Positions 30,337 to 40,657 of a stretch of 64,000 nt of DNA are shown here, piece after piece. The notes under the pieces were generated by a model that made no database searches, was not told the origin of the DNA, and saw only the letters and a program-made list of their open reading frames with translations. The translations under genes were made by a program, and so were the position numbers. The stretch comes from an uncultured Eubacteriales bacterium. Lineage in GTDB: Bacteria > Acidobacteriota > Aminicenantia > Aminicenantales > Aminicenantaceae. The DNA lies in the NCBI GenBank assembly GCA_964406575.1, contig CAYOSH010000022.1, forward strand, positions 2,740 to 66,739, given 5' to 3'. How positions within the stretch are numbered: the first letter of the stretch is position 1; each line of letters begins with the position of its first letter.

Positions 30337-32268
30337 ATGGATGATAAAAGCAGGGACAATACAGACCATCAACTGCTGAAGAAAAATGTCCAGGAAGGAA
30401 TCGAAACTGTCTGGGACCGGTCGGACCAACAAAAGCCCCGGTGCGGTTTTGGAGAAAGCGGGCTCTGCTGCCATAACTGCTACATGGGGCCGTGCCGGAT
30501 CAATCCCAAAGGAAAAAGCCCTCAAAGAGGAGTTTGCGGTTCCACGGCCGAAGTTATTGTCGCCAGGAACTTTGCCCGCATGATTGCGGGAGGCGCGGCC
30601 GCCCACTCCGACCATGGGCGGGATGTGGCCAAGACACTGCTGTTAGCCGCGCAATCTCCTGATTCGGGATACACGATCACAGATGTGGGCAAGCTCAGGA
30701 AGGTGGCCAAAGTCCTGGACATCCCTACGGATAACCGGGAAAAAGAAGAGATTGCTCTTGAAGTCGCTCAAAAGGCGCTGTCAAATTTTGGAAATCAGGA
30801 AGGGGTCGTGTCTTTCACTCGCCTTGCGCCTGAAAAAAGACAAGCCCTGTGGCGGGACTTGGGTATAGTGCCTCGCGGAATTGACAGGGAGATCGTCGAA
30901 GTGATGCACCGCACGAGCATGGGCGTGGATCAAGACCACAAGAACATAATGCTTCAAGGCGCAAGAGCTGCTCTGGCCGACGGATGGGGCGGATCTATGA
31001 TTGCGACGGAACTCCAGGATATTCTTTTCGGAACCCCATCCCCTATCAGAGGGCAGGTGAACCTAGGTGTGCTCTCCGAAACGGATGTGAATATCGTTGT
31101 CCACGGTCACGAGCCCGTGCTGGCAGAAGCCTTGGTCTTTGCATCTCAGGATAAAGACCTCCTGGGGCTTGCCAAATCACAAGGGGCCACCGGGATAAAC
31201 CTGAGCGGTATTTGCTGTACGGCTAATGAAATCCTTCTGCGGCATGGATTGCCCATTGCCGGCAACATTCTCCAGCAGGAGCTGGCTATTGCCACAGGAG
31301 CCGTGGAAGCCATGATCGTTGATGTCCAGTGCATCATGCCCTCATTGCCAGAGATTTGCAAATGTTACCACACAAAGCTCATCACCACCTCCCCAAAGGG
31401 AAAAATAGAAGGCGCCGAACACATTGGCTTTACCCATGAACGGGCTTTCCAAACAGCCAGAGAGATCATAAAATTATCGGTCTTGAATTTCCCGAAAAGA
31501 GGCAAATTCGAGATTCCCAAAGAGAAAATGGATCTGATCGCGGGCTTCAGTCACGAGGCCATCAATTACATGCTCGGCGGATCATTTCGGGGCTCCTACA
31601 CTCCTCTCAATGACAACGTCATCAACGGCCGGATTAAAGGAGTCGCGGGAGTCGTGGGTTGTTGCAATCCCAAAGTCACTCACGACCGCATCCACATCGA
31701 TCTTGTCGAAGAGCTCATCGCCAATGATATCCTGGTCGTGCAGACTGGATGCTCGGCCATCGCCTGTGCCAAAGCCGGTTTGCTCGTCCCTGAATCCGCG
31801 GTAAAGTATGCGGGTAAAGGGCTAGCCGAAGTGTGTTCGGCCGTGGGTATGCCTCCCGTGCTTCACTCGGGTTCCTGTGTGGATAACAGCCGTATTTTGA
31901 TCGCGCTCTCCGAGATGGTAAAGATCGGCGGACTCGGCGAAGATATCAGCGACCTCCCCGTTGCGGGAGCAGCACCGGAATGGATGAGCGAGAAGGCCAT
32001 TTCAATCGGACAGTATTTCGTCTCCTCGGGAGTCTTCACTGTATTCGGAGTGGGTCTTCCAATCTCTGGCAGCGGCCCGTTCTGCGATCATGTATTCAGA
32101 GAGTATGAAAACATCTTTGGCGGGATGTGGGGCGTTGAGCCAGATCCGGGAAAAATGGCCGGATTGATGATCGACCATATCAATAAAAAACGACAAAAAT
32201 TGGGCATCAGCAAGGCAAAAAAACGAGTCCTTTATGACATGGAAATGAGAAGAGAACTGGATATTTAA
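30337..32268 (+). CDS. cooS: Anaerobic Ni,Fe CO dehydrogenase catalytic subunit
   Basis: CGFG...CCHNCYMGPC, GVCG, HSDH, HGHEP, CCTANE, DVQC, TGC, GSCVDNSR and WMSEKA. Confidence 0.96.
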   Translation: MDDKSRDNTDHQLLKKNVQEGIETVWDRSDQQKPRCGFGESGLCCHNCYMGPCRINPKGKSPQRGVCGSTAEVIVARNFARMIAGGAAAHSDHGRDVAKTLLLAAQSPDSGYTITDVGKLRKVAKVLDIPTDNREKEEIALEVAQKALSNFGNQEGVVSFTRLAPEKRQALWRDLGIVPRGIDREIVEVMHRTSMGVDQDHKNIMLQGARAALADGWGGSMIATELQDILFGTPSPIRGQVNLGVLSETDVNIVVHGHEPVLAEALVFASQDKDLLGLAKSQGATGINLSGICCTANEILLRHGLPIAGNILQQELAIATGAVEAMIVDVQCIMPSLPEICKCYHTKLITTSPKGKIEGAEHIGFTHERAFQTAREIIKLSVLNFPKRGKFEIPKEKMDLIAGFSHEAINYMLGGSFRGSYTPLNDNVINGRIKGVAGVVGCCNPKVTHDRIHIDLVEELIANDILVVQTGCSAIACAKAGLLVPESAVKYAGKGLAEVCSAVGMPPVLHSGSCVDNSRILIALSEMVKIGGLGEDISDLPVAGAAPEWMSEKAISIGQYFVSSGVFTVFGVGLPISGSGPFCDHVFREYENIFGGMWGVEPDPGKMAGLMIDHINKKRQKLGISKAKKRVLYDMEMRRELDI

Positions 32269-32289
32269 AAGAAAAGGAAAGGAAATCTG

Positions 32290-34494
32290 ATGTCAAAACT
32301 CATCGCATCGAGAGCTATTCGGGGGGCCCACAAGTTGGTTGCCCGTGCTGAGAACGAACTGCAGCAAGCGATCAAAGAAAAAGGCACTCAAGAAAAAGTG
32401 GAATTTCCAAATACAGGTTATTATCTGCCCATTTCTTATGGCATTTTAGGATTGCAGATCGATACTCTTGGTGGACTTACAGAACTGCTGGAGGAGGCGA
32501 AGATTCTTCTTCCTCAAATCCCTGAGGATAGTTTATGGCTGCCTTATCTCGGCCACACACTAGATGCAGGCATGGCAACTCTTTTCGCCGATGAAATTAT
32601 CGAGGCCATAAAATACACGTCAAATCCCCTTCCCTATCTCACAGCGCCGAATCCTTCAGAGAGCCAGCTCTGGCTGGGAGCGGCCAATGATGTGATCATG
32701 AGAGAAAGAGGTATAGAGTTTGTCGACGGAACGGCTCCCGGTTTTGCCGCGTGTGTGGGTTACTGCCCGACCAATGAAATCGCTGTCAAGATCGCGCGCG
32801 AACTCCAGGAGAAGAATCTCTATGTCTTTATGTCTGCGGAAACGGAAGGAAAATCCATGGCACAACAGCTCCGAGAGGAAGGCATCCAGATGGGTTGGGA
32901 GACCCGTCTCGTTCCTTTTGGCAATGATGTCACGGCAACGATTCATGCGCTCGGATTTGCCACGCGGGTGGCTCTCTCTTTCGGAGGTGCGCAGCCTGGA
33001 GACTTTCAACGCGTGTTGCGCTACAATAAAAACAGAGTCTTTGCATTTGTCCTCGCACTCGGCCCTGTGGATGACGAAAAGCATGCCCAGGCGGCGGGTG
33101 CCATCAACTACGGCTTTCCCACCATCGCCGATACAGACATCGACCAGATCCTTCCCACAGGAATCTGCACATATGAACATGTCGTCTCCCCCGTTTCCCA
33201 CGACAAGATCGTTGCCAAAGCGATCGAAGTCAGAGGACTGAAGATCAGCATCACCAAGGTTCCCATTCCTGTTCCCTTCGGTCCGGCCTTTCAGGGCGAA
33301 CGGGTCCGAAAGGACGACATGTACGTCGAACTCGCAGGCCAGCCTAATCCCGGATTTGAGTTCCTCGCAATCAAGAGTTTAGACGAAGTCGAAGATGGCA
33401 AGATCGAGGTGGTCGGTCCAGAGATCGATGATCTAGATGAGGGCGTTCAAATTCCCCTGGCCATCTGGGTCGATGTGGCCGGCCGACAAATGCAGCCTGA
33501 TTTTGAACCTATCCTGGAACGTCAGATCCATGACTTTATCAACTGTGCGAACGGTGTTTTCCATATGGGGCAACGAGACATCAACTGGGCTCGCATCAGC
33601 AAGGAAGCCAAGGCTAAGGGATTCAAATTCCGGCACTTTGGCTCTATCATCCATGCAAAGCTGCATGGAGAATTCGGAAAAATCGTCGACAAGGTTCAGG
33701 TCAAGATCTACACACGTGAGAAAGAGATCCTGGAACTCATCGATCTGGCGCGTAAAGTTTATCATGAAAGGGATGCACGCCTTGCGGATATGACGGACGA
33801 GTCCGTGGATACGTTCTACAGTTGCACCCTCTGTCAGTCTTTTGCTCCGAATCACGTCTGCGTTATCACCCCGGAGCGCTCAGGATTGTGCGGTGCATAC
33901 AACTGGCTCGACGGGAAAGCGGCCTATCAGATCAACCCCACAGGACCCAATCAACCCATCAAAAAGGGGATTCCTATCGATGAAAGGAAAGGACAGTGGG
34001 AGGATATCAATACTTTCGTCTACAACAGCTCGCACAAGACACTGGAACGGTTCAATGCCTACAGCATGATCGAAGACCCCATGACATCCTGCGGTTGCTT
34101 TGAGTGCATCTCTTGTATCCTGCCCTCGACAAACGGAATCATGGTGGTCTACCGGGATTACGCCGGTATGACACCGAGCGGAATGAAATTCTCGACACTC
34201 GCAGGGACAGTGGGAGGTGGAGTGCAAACCCCTGGATTCATCGGTCATAGCAAGCACTATATCGGCAGTAAAAAATTCATCAGCCACGAAGGGGGCGCCA
34301 TGCGTATTGTTTGGATGAACCGCAATCTCAAGGAAGAGTTGGAACCGATACTTCGCGAGATCGGTAAACAGAATGGCATCGAGGATCTCTGTGACAGAAT
34401 CGCCGATGATACCTTGGCGACGACAGAAGAGGAAGTTCTGGAATTCATAACCAAAAAGAACCATCCGGCTCTGTCCATGGATCCTTTGTTTTGA
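32290..34494 (+). CDS. acsB: Acetyl-CoA synthase (bacterial type)
   Basis: FPNTGYYLP and A-cluster ligands CTLCQSFAPNHVC...LCGA and PMTSCGCFE. Confidence 0.97.
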   Translation: MSKLIASRAIRGAHKLVARAENELQQAIKEKGTQEKVEFPNTGYYLPISYGILGLQIDTLGGLTELLEEAKILLPQIPEDSLWLPYLGHTLDAGMATLFADEIIEAIKYTSNPLPYLTAPNPSESQLWLGAANDVIMRERGIEFVDGTAPGFAACVGYCPTNEIAVKIARELQEKNLYVFMSAETEGKSMAQQLREEGIQMGWETRLVPFGNDVTATIHALGFATRVALSFGGAQPGDFQRVLRYNKNRVFAFVLALGPVDDEKHAQAAGAINYGFPTIADTDIDQILPTGICTYEHVVSPVSHDKIVAKAIEVRGLKISITKVPIPVPFGPAFQGERVRKDDMYVELAGQPNPGFEFLAIKSLDEVEDGKIEVVGPEIDDLDEGVQIPLAIWVDVAGRQMQPDFEPILERQIHDFINCANGVFHMGQRDINWARISKEAKAKGFKFRHFGSIIHAKLHGEFGKIVDKVQVKIYTREKEILELIDLARKVYHERDARLADMTDESVDTFYSCTLCQSFAPNHVCVITPERSGLCGAYNWLDGKAAYQINPTGPNQPIKKGIPIDERKGQWEDINTFVYNSSHKTLERFNAYSMIEDPMTSCGCFECISCILPSTNGIMVVYRDYAGMTPSGMKFSTLAGTVGGGVQTPGFIGHSKHYIGSKKFISHEGGAMRIVWMNRNLKEELEPILREIGKQNGIEDLCDRIADDTLATTEEEVLEFITKKNHPALSMDPLF

Positions 34495-34510
34495 TCGAGC
34501 CACAAAGAAA

Positions 34511-35263
34511 ATGAGGACTATAGCCATCTCTGGAAAGGGAGGAACAGGAAAAACCACTCTAGCTGCACTCATTATCCGTTGGTTGAGCGAGAATAGATCG
34601 AGGTCCATCCTGGCTGTAGACGCTGATTCCAATGTCAATCTCAACGATATTCTCGGTGTCAAAATCAGAGACACGGTTGGTGCCATAAGAGAGGAGATGA
34701 AAAAAAGCGTGGACAACCTTCCCGCAGGCATGACGAAACAGCAATTTCTTGAGTACAAGATTCAGACCAGCCTTGTGGAGACTCGAAATTTCGACCTCAT
34801 CGCCATGGGCCGGCCGGAAGGGCCGGGCTGCTATTGTTATGCCAACAACCTTCTGCGGGATATTCTCAAAACTCTGGGAGAAAATTATGATTACGTCGTC
34901 ATCGATAATGAGGCGGGCATGGAACACCTCAGCAGGAGGACGACACAGGCCATCGACTATCTTCTCAGCGTCTCGGACGCATCGCCCCGGGGAATACAGA
35001 CAGCCGGGAGGATCAGCAAGACGCTGGAAGAATTGGATACGCGTGTGCGGAGGAGATTCCTGATCTTGAACAGAGCTCCTGAAAATCTTACGGAAACCGT
35101 AATGGGCGCCATTCAACAAGAAGAACTGCATCTGTTAGCTGTGATACCGGAGGACGCCGCACTCCTCAAAATGGACCGCGACGGGATGCCTGTCTATAAC
35201 ATTTCGGCAAATTCACCCGCCTATCAGGCGGTCAATGAATTTATGAATAAACTTGATTTATGA
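34511..35263 (+). CDS. cooC: CooC2/AcsF-type Ni-insertion ATPase
   Basis: GKGGTGKTT, MGRPEGPGCYCYAN and DNEAGMEHLSRRT. Lies between acsB and acsD. Confidence 0.92.
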   Translation: MRTIAISGKGGTGKTTLAALIIRWLSENRSRSILAVDADSNVNLNDILGVKIRDTVGAIREEMKKSVDNLPAGMTKQQFLEYKIQTSLVETRNFDLIAMGRPEGPGCYCYANNLLRDILKTLGENYDYVVIDNEAGMEHLSRRTTQAIDYLLSVSDASPRGIQTAGRISKTLEELDTRVRRRFLILNRAPENLTETVMGAIQQEELHLLAVIPEDAALLKMDRDGMPVYNISANSPAYQAVNEFMNKLDL

Positions 35264-35279
35264 AAGGACAGGGCCACAA

Positions 35280-36257
35280 ATGAAATTCGATGTTCCCAAA
35301 GAACTCAATGCAGGCCATGTGCTTGAGGTGACTATCGGTGCCACCTCAGAGCAGGGAGGAAGCCGCTCCCATACGGTGACAATCGGTGGAAGCACAGCCC
35401 TCCCCTTCCATTTTTTTGAAGGAGAGTTTCCCCATCGTCCCCTAATCGCCATGGAAGTTTTTGACAAAAAATCCGAAAAATATCCCTCGTCGCTCATGGA
35501 CTACTACAGAGATGTTATCGAAAAACCTGGAGAAATGGCAAAGAAATGTGTGGATGAGTATGGGGCAGAACTCATAAGCGTGCGACTTGAAGGCACACAC
35601 CCGGAGAAAGGGAATAAAAGCGCTGACGAGGCAGTAGAAATCGTCAAACAGGTGCTCGAAAGTGTGAGGGTCCCTCTAATCATCACTGGCCACAGCTATT
35701 ATGAGAAAAACAATGAAGTCATGAAAAAAGTCTGTGAAGCAACTGCCGGAGAAAACTGTCTCATCAGCTATGTGGAAAAAGACAACTATAAAACAATTGC
35801 CGCCGCATGTATTGCCTACAATCACACTCTTGTTACGCAGACGCCAATCGATGTCAATCTCGCCAAACAATTGAACATCCTTTTGACAGAGATGAGTTTT
35901 CCGCCGGAAAAGATTGTCATGGATCCTCTGACGGGCGCACTGGGATATGGCATCGAATACACATACTCGATCATGGAGAGAATTCGTATCGATGCTTTGG
36001 CTGGAGACAAAATGATGGCCTTTCCCATGCTGATCAATCCCGGATATGAGAGTTTTCGAGTCAAGGAAACTCGTGCACCTGAACAGGATTATCCTGATTG
36101 GGGGAATGTCGACCTCCGGGGAGCGTACTGGGAGATTGCTACGGCAATGAGCCTTCTCGTTGCTGGAGCCGATCTACTCATCATGTACCATCCTCAAGCT
36201 GTGGCCGCAGTGAAAAAGAAGGTCGAGAAAATGTTTGATGGCAGAGGAGGAGATTAA
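35280..36257 (+). CDS. acsD: Corrinoid Fe-S protein small subunit
   Basis: PIDVNLAKQLN, MDPLTGALGYGIEYTYSIMERIR and WEIATA. ATG at 35280 is preferred over the TTG at 35253. Confidence 0.95.
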   Translation: MKFDVPKELNAGHVLEVTIGATSEQGGSRSHTVTIGGSTALPFHFFEGEFPHRPLIAMEVFDKKSEKYPSSLMDYYRDVIEKPGEMAKKCVDEYGAELISVRLEGTHPEKGNKSADEAVEIVKQVLESVRVPLIITGHSYYEKNNEVMKKVCEATAGENCLISYVEKDNYKTIAAACIAYNHTLVTQTPIDVNLAKQLNILLTEMSFPPEKIVMDPLTGALGYGIEYTYSIMERIRIDALAGDKMMAFPMLINPGYESFRVKETRAPEQDYPDWGNVDLRGAYWEIATAMSLLVAGADLLIMYHPQAVAAVKKKVEKMFDGRGGD

Positions 36258-36259
36258 CA

Positions 36260-37597
36260 ATGGCCTTATCCGGTTTAGATATTTTTAAGTTGTTGCCTAA
36301 AACCAACTGCGGTGATTGCGGAGTCCCGACATGTATGGCCTTTGCCATGAAATTGGCCCAAAAGAAAGCCGAACTCAGCGAGTGCCCCCACGCTTCTGAA
36401 GAAGCCAAATCTACACTTGGCGCTGCCAGCGAACCTCCCATCCGATTGGTAAAAATCGGAAAAGATCATCCTTTAGAGGTGGGAAGTGAAACGGTCATGT
36501 TCCGTCATGAAAAAACATTTTTCCACCAAACGGGGATCGCTATCCAATTGCGCACTTCTGAGGGAGAAAGCACACTTGAACAAAAGATCCGAGAAATCGA
36601 AGAGTACAGAGTGGAAAGAGTCGGAGAGATGCTCAAAACGGATTTATTCTTGATTACTCATGACTCCCCTGATAAGGATATATTCCTCAAAACCATTCAC
36701 CTGGTCAAAGAGAACTCGACAAAAGGAATTATCTTGGACTGTGCCGAATACGAGACACTAAAGGCTGGAACCTCGCTGCTCAAAGATAGTCATGTGGCCG
36801 TCCTGCTGAAAAAAACAATCTCAGATGATTGGATAGACCTGGCAAAGATTTATAACTGCAGCTTGATCTTGAACTCAGAATCGTATGAGGATCTAGCCGC
36901 ACAAGTGGAAAAAACGAAACAGGCAGGAATCCAAGATATCCTATTGAATCTCACGTCAAAAAATACAGGAATGCAAATCCAGCAGAACACAATTTTAAGA
37001 CGGAGCGCTCTTAAAAAGGCCTATAAACCCTTTGGATTTCCCCTATTTCATCAAATAAATACAGAAACGGAATTTGATATGTTCGCAACGGCCGCAGCAT
37101 TGCTTTGCAAGTATGAATCCATAATCGCTCTTCCTGAATATAATAGGGCACTGCTTTATGCGCTCCTAACACTGCGTCAAAACATCTACACGGATCCCCA
37201 GAAGCCTATCCAGGTGGACCCTAAAGTCTATCCCATAGGCGAACCGACACCGGAATCACCGGTCTTTGTCACAACGAATTTTTCTTTGACCTACTTTATT
37301 GTTTCCGGAGAAATTGAAAACTCCGGAATCTCCGCTCACTTGGTCGTCTGTGACACAGAGGGTCAATCTGTGCTCACAGCCTGGGCCGCCGGTAAATTCG
37401 TCGGAGAAAACATCGCAAAATTCATCAAAACGATCAACCTAGAACAGCAGGTCAAGACCAGGAAAATCGTGATCCCCGGATTTGTCTCTCAAATCAGCGG
37501 CGATTTGGAGGAGAACCTCCCCGGATGGGAAGTCATCGTCGGCTGTCAGGAGGCGTCTGACATCCCCTCGTTTGTGAAAAACGTAGAACTGACCTGA
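36260..37597 (+). CDS. acsC: Corrinoid Fe-S protein large subunit
   Basis: LPKTNCGDCGVPTCMAFA...CP, IYTDPQKP, TTNFSLTYF and SVLTAWAAGKF. Confidence 0.97.
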   Translation: MALSGLDIFKLLPKTNCGDCGVPTCMAFAMKLAQKKAELSECPHASEEAKSTLGAASEPPIRLVKIGKDHPLEVGSETVMFRHEKTFFHQTGIAIQLRTSEGESTLEQKIREIEEYRVERVGEMLKTDLFLITHDSPDKDIFLKTIHLVKENSTKGIILDCAEYETLKAGTSLLKDSHVAVLLKKTISDDWIDLAKIYNCSLILNSESYEDLAAQVEKTKQAGIQDILLNLTSKNTGMQIQQNTILRRSALKKAYKPFGFPLFHQINTETEFDMFATAAALLCKYESIIALPEYNRALLYALLTLRQNIYTDPQKPIQVDPKVYPIGEPTPESPVFVTTNFSLTYFIVSGEIENSGISAHLVVCDTEGQSVLTAWAAGKFVGENIAKFIKTINLEQQVKTRKIVIPGFVSQISGDLEENLPGWEVIVGCQEASDIPSFVKNVELT

Positions 37598-37686
37598 GAT
37601 CGATGCGCCTTTTATCAGCCATGGAAATAAAATGTATCAACGATGAAAAGTGGGAATATCGGGAACCACGGGAGGCATGAATATCA

Positions 37687-39624
37687 TTGAATACGGCTCG
37701 AATCAAACCCGACCCTGACCGTTCAAACCACAAGGTTAAGTTTCAGCCATTCGGAGTTCAAATTATTGTGCCCCCAGGGACATGTCTTCTTGATGCCTGC
37801 CGCAAAGCGAGAATTCCATTGAGCACCTCCTGTGGGGGAAAGGGCACCTGTGGTGACTGTATCGTCAGGATTATCAAAGGAGCAACCACAACCAAACCTT
37901 CGCTTTTCCTCCCTGAAAAACTCCGTAAACAGGGATTCGTTTTGGCCTGTCAGACCTTGATTGAAGATGATCTCACAGTCGAGCTTCCTGAGTTTCAGGA
38001 ACTTTCCCTGAAGATCCCCGGTGATATGCGATCCCTGTTGGATCAAAAAGAGGTTCTTATCGCCGATCTCGCAGTTAGCCCCCCTGTTGAGAAGCTGTCT
38101 CTGACTCTTCCCGTATCCACTCTCGATGACAACTACAGCGATTTAAAGAGACTGGAGACTAAAATTAAGAAAGAACGGCCCCTCCTCGACACTGTATATT
38201 GCGAATATTCGGTGTTGAAGAAGCTCGCCCATGCTGTTCGAGAACAACAGGGCCAAGTCGAAGTCGTCCTTTTCAGGGACGGCCCGTCATGCACCATTCT
38301 CAACGTAGAGCCCCTCTCTCCTCAAAAAAATCTCCTCGGCATTGCTTGTGATATCGGTACGACCTCGGTCACGCTTCAAGTTGTCGACCTTCTGACCGGA
38401 AAGATTTTAGGATTTGCGTCCAGCTACAACCAACAGATCCGATGCGGCGAAGACATCATCTCGCGAATCAACTATGCCCAAAAGCCTGAAAGATTACAGG
38501 AACTCCAAGAATCGATCATATCGACAATCAACAATCTCCTTGAGAAAGCCTTGAAGGCGGTTGGAGGAATAAACTCGGATATCTATTATGCCTCTCTTAC
38601 CGGAAACACTACGATGATCCATCTTTTGCTGGGGCTCGATCCACGTTACATCCGTGAAGAGCCTTATGTGCCAACACTGAACCGTGTGCCCATTTTGAGG
38701 GCGCGAGACGTTCATCTCAAAATGAACGCGGAAGCGAGAGTTCATTTTGCGCCTTCTGTGGGAAGTTATGTCGGGGGAGATATTCTGGCGGGTTTATTGT
38801 GTACGCCCATCGTGTCCCAAGTGGATAAGATTTCTGTCTTCATCGATATCGGCACAAACGGTGAATTGGTTTTGGGCAACAAAGAATGGCTCATGAGCTG
38901 TGCCTGTTCGGCAGGTCCGGCGTTCGAAGGCAGCAGCATTCGTTGTGGGATGCCTGCCGCAATAGGGGCGATCGAGAAGTTAAAAATCAAAGAAGACGGC
39001 ACAGTTGAATACAGAGTCATAGGGGGTGGAAAGCCAAAGGGAATATGCGGTTCGGGACTTATCGATCTTCTCGCTGAGCTGTTCGTTCATGGGTGTGTGG
39101 ACCGCCACGGAAAGTTCAACACAGAAAAGATCGGCGGAAGGCTCGTGGGTAAAGAAGCCGGTAAGGGATTTCTCGTGGAAAGGGGCACCCGTACCTTCTG
39201 GGGCAAAGATCTTTTGATCACCGAAAATGATATTGCCAATCTCATCCGGACCAAGGGCGCCGTTTTTTCTGCCTGTGCGTTGTTGCTCAACCATGCCGGA
39301 TTATCTTTCGACCAAATCGAATCTTTTTATATCGCAGGCGGTTTCGGGCAGAATCTGGATGTTGAAAACGCTGTCCGTATCGGCCTTTTGCCAGACCTTG
39401 AGCGAGCCAAATTCCATTATTTGGGGAACACATCTCTCCTCGGAGCCCATCTCATCCTGCTTTCCGAAAAAAACAGAGACCGGGTCAATGAACTCGAAAG
39501 AATGATGACCTATCTGGAATTGAACATAGAGCCGGGATATTTCAACGAATACACGGGCGCCCTGTTCCTTCCCCATACAAAAAAGGAGCTATTCCCATCG
39601 GTCGAACGGTTGTTCGAGCGTTGA
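37687..39624 (+). CDS. ASKHA-type reductive activator of corrinoid proteins (RACo/AcsV-like)
   Basis: N-terminal 2Fe-2S motif CGGKGTCGDC...LAC, DIGTT, YVGGDI, DIGTNGE, SAGPAFEG, GICGSG and AGGFG. Confidence 0.93.
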   Translation: MNTARIKPDPDRSNHKVKFQPFGVQIIVPPGTCLLDACRKARIPLSTSCGGKGTCGDCIVRIIKGATTTKPSLFLPEKLRKQGFVLACQTLIEDDLTVELPEFQELSLKIPGDMRSLLDQKEVLIADLAVSPPVEKLSLTLPVSTLDDNYSDLKRLETKIKKERPLLDTVYCEYSVLKKLAHAVREQQGQVEVVLFRDGPSCTILNVEPLSPQKNLLGIACDIGTTSVTLQVVDLLTGKILGFASSYNQQIRCGEDIISRINYAQKPERLQELQESIISTINNLLEKALKAVGGINSDIYYASLTGNTTMIHLLLGLDPRYIREEPYVPTLNRVPILRARDVHLKMNAEARVHFAPSVGSYVGGDILAGLLCTPIVSQVDKISVFIDIGTNGELVLGNKEWLMSCACSAGPAFEGSSIRCGMPAAIGAIEKLKIKEDGTVEYRVIGGGKPKGICGSGLIDLLAELFVHGCVDRHGKFNTEKIGGRLVGKEAGKGFLVERGTRTFWGKDLLITENDIANLIRTKGAVFSACALLLNHAGLSFDQIESFYIAGGFGQNLDVENAVRIGLLPDLERAKFHYLGNTSLLGAHLILLSEKNRDRVNELERMMTYLELNIEPGYFNEYTGALFLPHTKKELFPSVERLFER

Positions 39625-39673
39625 CCGATGATAGAAATACAACCTGAAATGTTCGTATATTGGAGGAAATAAA

Positions 39674-40561
39674 ATGGCTCAAACAATCCTCGACCGTCTC
39701 AAAAAGAGAAAAATTCTTCTTGATGGAGGATTCGGGACCGAACTTATTAAAAATGGTTTTCCTCAGGGCGCCTGTCCTGAGTCCTGGAATGATGAAAAAC
39801 CGGATGTCGTTCAGAAAATCCACAAAAGTTATTACGATGCAGGATCGGACGCCGTCCTGACCAACAGTTTTGGAGGAACGGCTATCAAGCTTCGGGCTTA
39901 CAACTTGGAAAATAAATGCTTTGATCTCAACCGTTTGGCAGCACTTATTGCAAACGAAGTGAAGCCGGAAGGAAGATTTCTTGGAGGAAGCATGGGGCCG
40001 ACAGGGAAATTCCTCAAGCCTCACGGAGAGTTCACCGAGGAGGAATTTGAAGAGGCCTATGCCGAGCAGGCGCGTGGCTTGACAGCCGGACAAGTGGACT
40101 TTCTCCTCATCGAGACACAATATGATCTGATTGAAGCCCTGTGTGCGTTCCGGGGGGCACGGAAAGCTTCGGATTTGCCGGTCTTTTTGACAATGACCTT
40201 CAATCATCATCCCAAAGGCTTTTTCACTCTGATGGGGAACAGTGTCGATCAATTTCTTGAAGCCATGGAGAGAGAAGGCGTCCCTGTTGTGGGATCCAAC
40301 TGTACTCTGAACAGTGCGGAGATGGTCGAGCTGGTGAAGATCATGCGGGAAAAAACATCGCTGCCGATAATTGCCCAAGCCAACGCGGGAAAACCTTCCC
40401 TTTCCGAAGAGGGCGAGGTCGCCTATTCTCAGGGGATGGAGGACTATCTGCGATTCATCCCTCAGATCATCGCAAACGGTGCGGACATCATTGGGGGCTG
40501 TTGCGGAACAGACCCGGACTACATCGCACGGATGTCAGAGATTGTGAAAACGTCGTCTTGA
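39674..40561 (+). CDS. Stand-alone homocysteine S-methyltransferase domain (MetH N-terminal-like)
   Basis: LDGGFGT, TNSFG, GSMGPTG, IET, and Zn ligands GSNC and GGCCGT. Confidence 0.92.
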   Translation: MAQTILDRLKKRKILLDGGFGTELIKNGFPQGACPESWNDEKPDVVQKIHKSYYDAGSDAVLTNSFGGTAIKLRAYNLENKCFDLNRLAALIANEVKPEGRFLGGSMGPTGKFLKPHGEFTEEEFEEAYAEQARGLTAGQVDFLLIETQYDLIEALCAFRGARKASDLPVFLTMTFNHHPKGFFTLMGNSVDQFLEAMEREGVPVVGSNCTLNSAEMVELVKIMREKTSLPIIAQANAGKPSLSEEGEVAYSQGMEDYLRFIPQIIANGADIIGGCCGTDPDYIARMSEIVKTSS

Positions 40562-40578
40562 ATGGAAAACGTACCATC

Positions 40579-40630
40579 TCCAAATCCGTGATGGATATTT
40601 AACGAATGTTCATACGATCACGGATTTGGA
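40579..40630. repeat. Perfect 14-bp inverted repeat (stem-loop)
   Basis: TCCAAATCCGTGAT (40579-40592) and ATCACGGATTTGGA (40617-40630). Confidence 0.75.
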
Positions 40631-40657
40631 AATACAAGCAATGAAAAGGAAACACCT

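Noticed and set aside
37598-37686. Cobalamin riboswitch between acsC and the activator gene
   Set aside because: Only a GGGAA fragment is present; the B12-box and conserved stems are not evident and the spacer is short.
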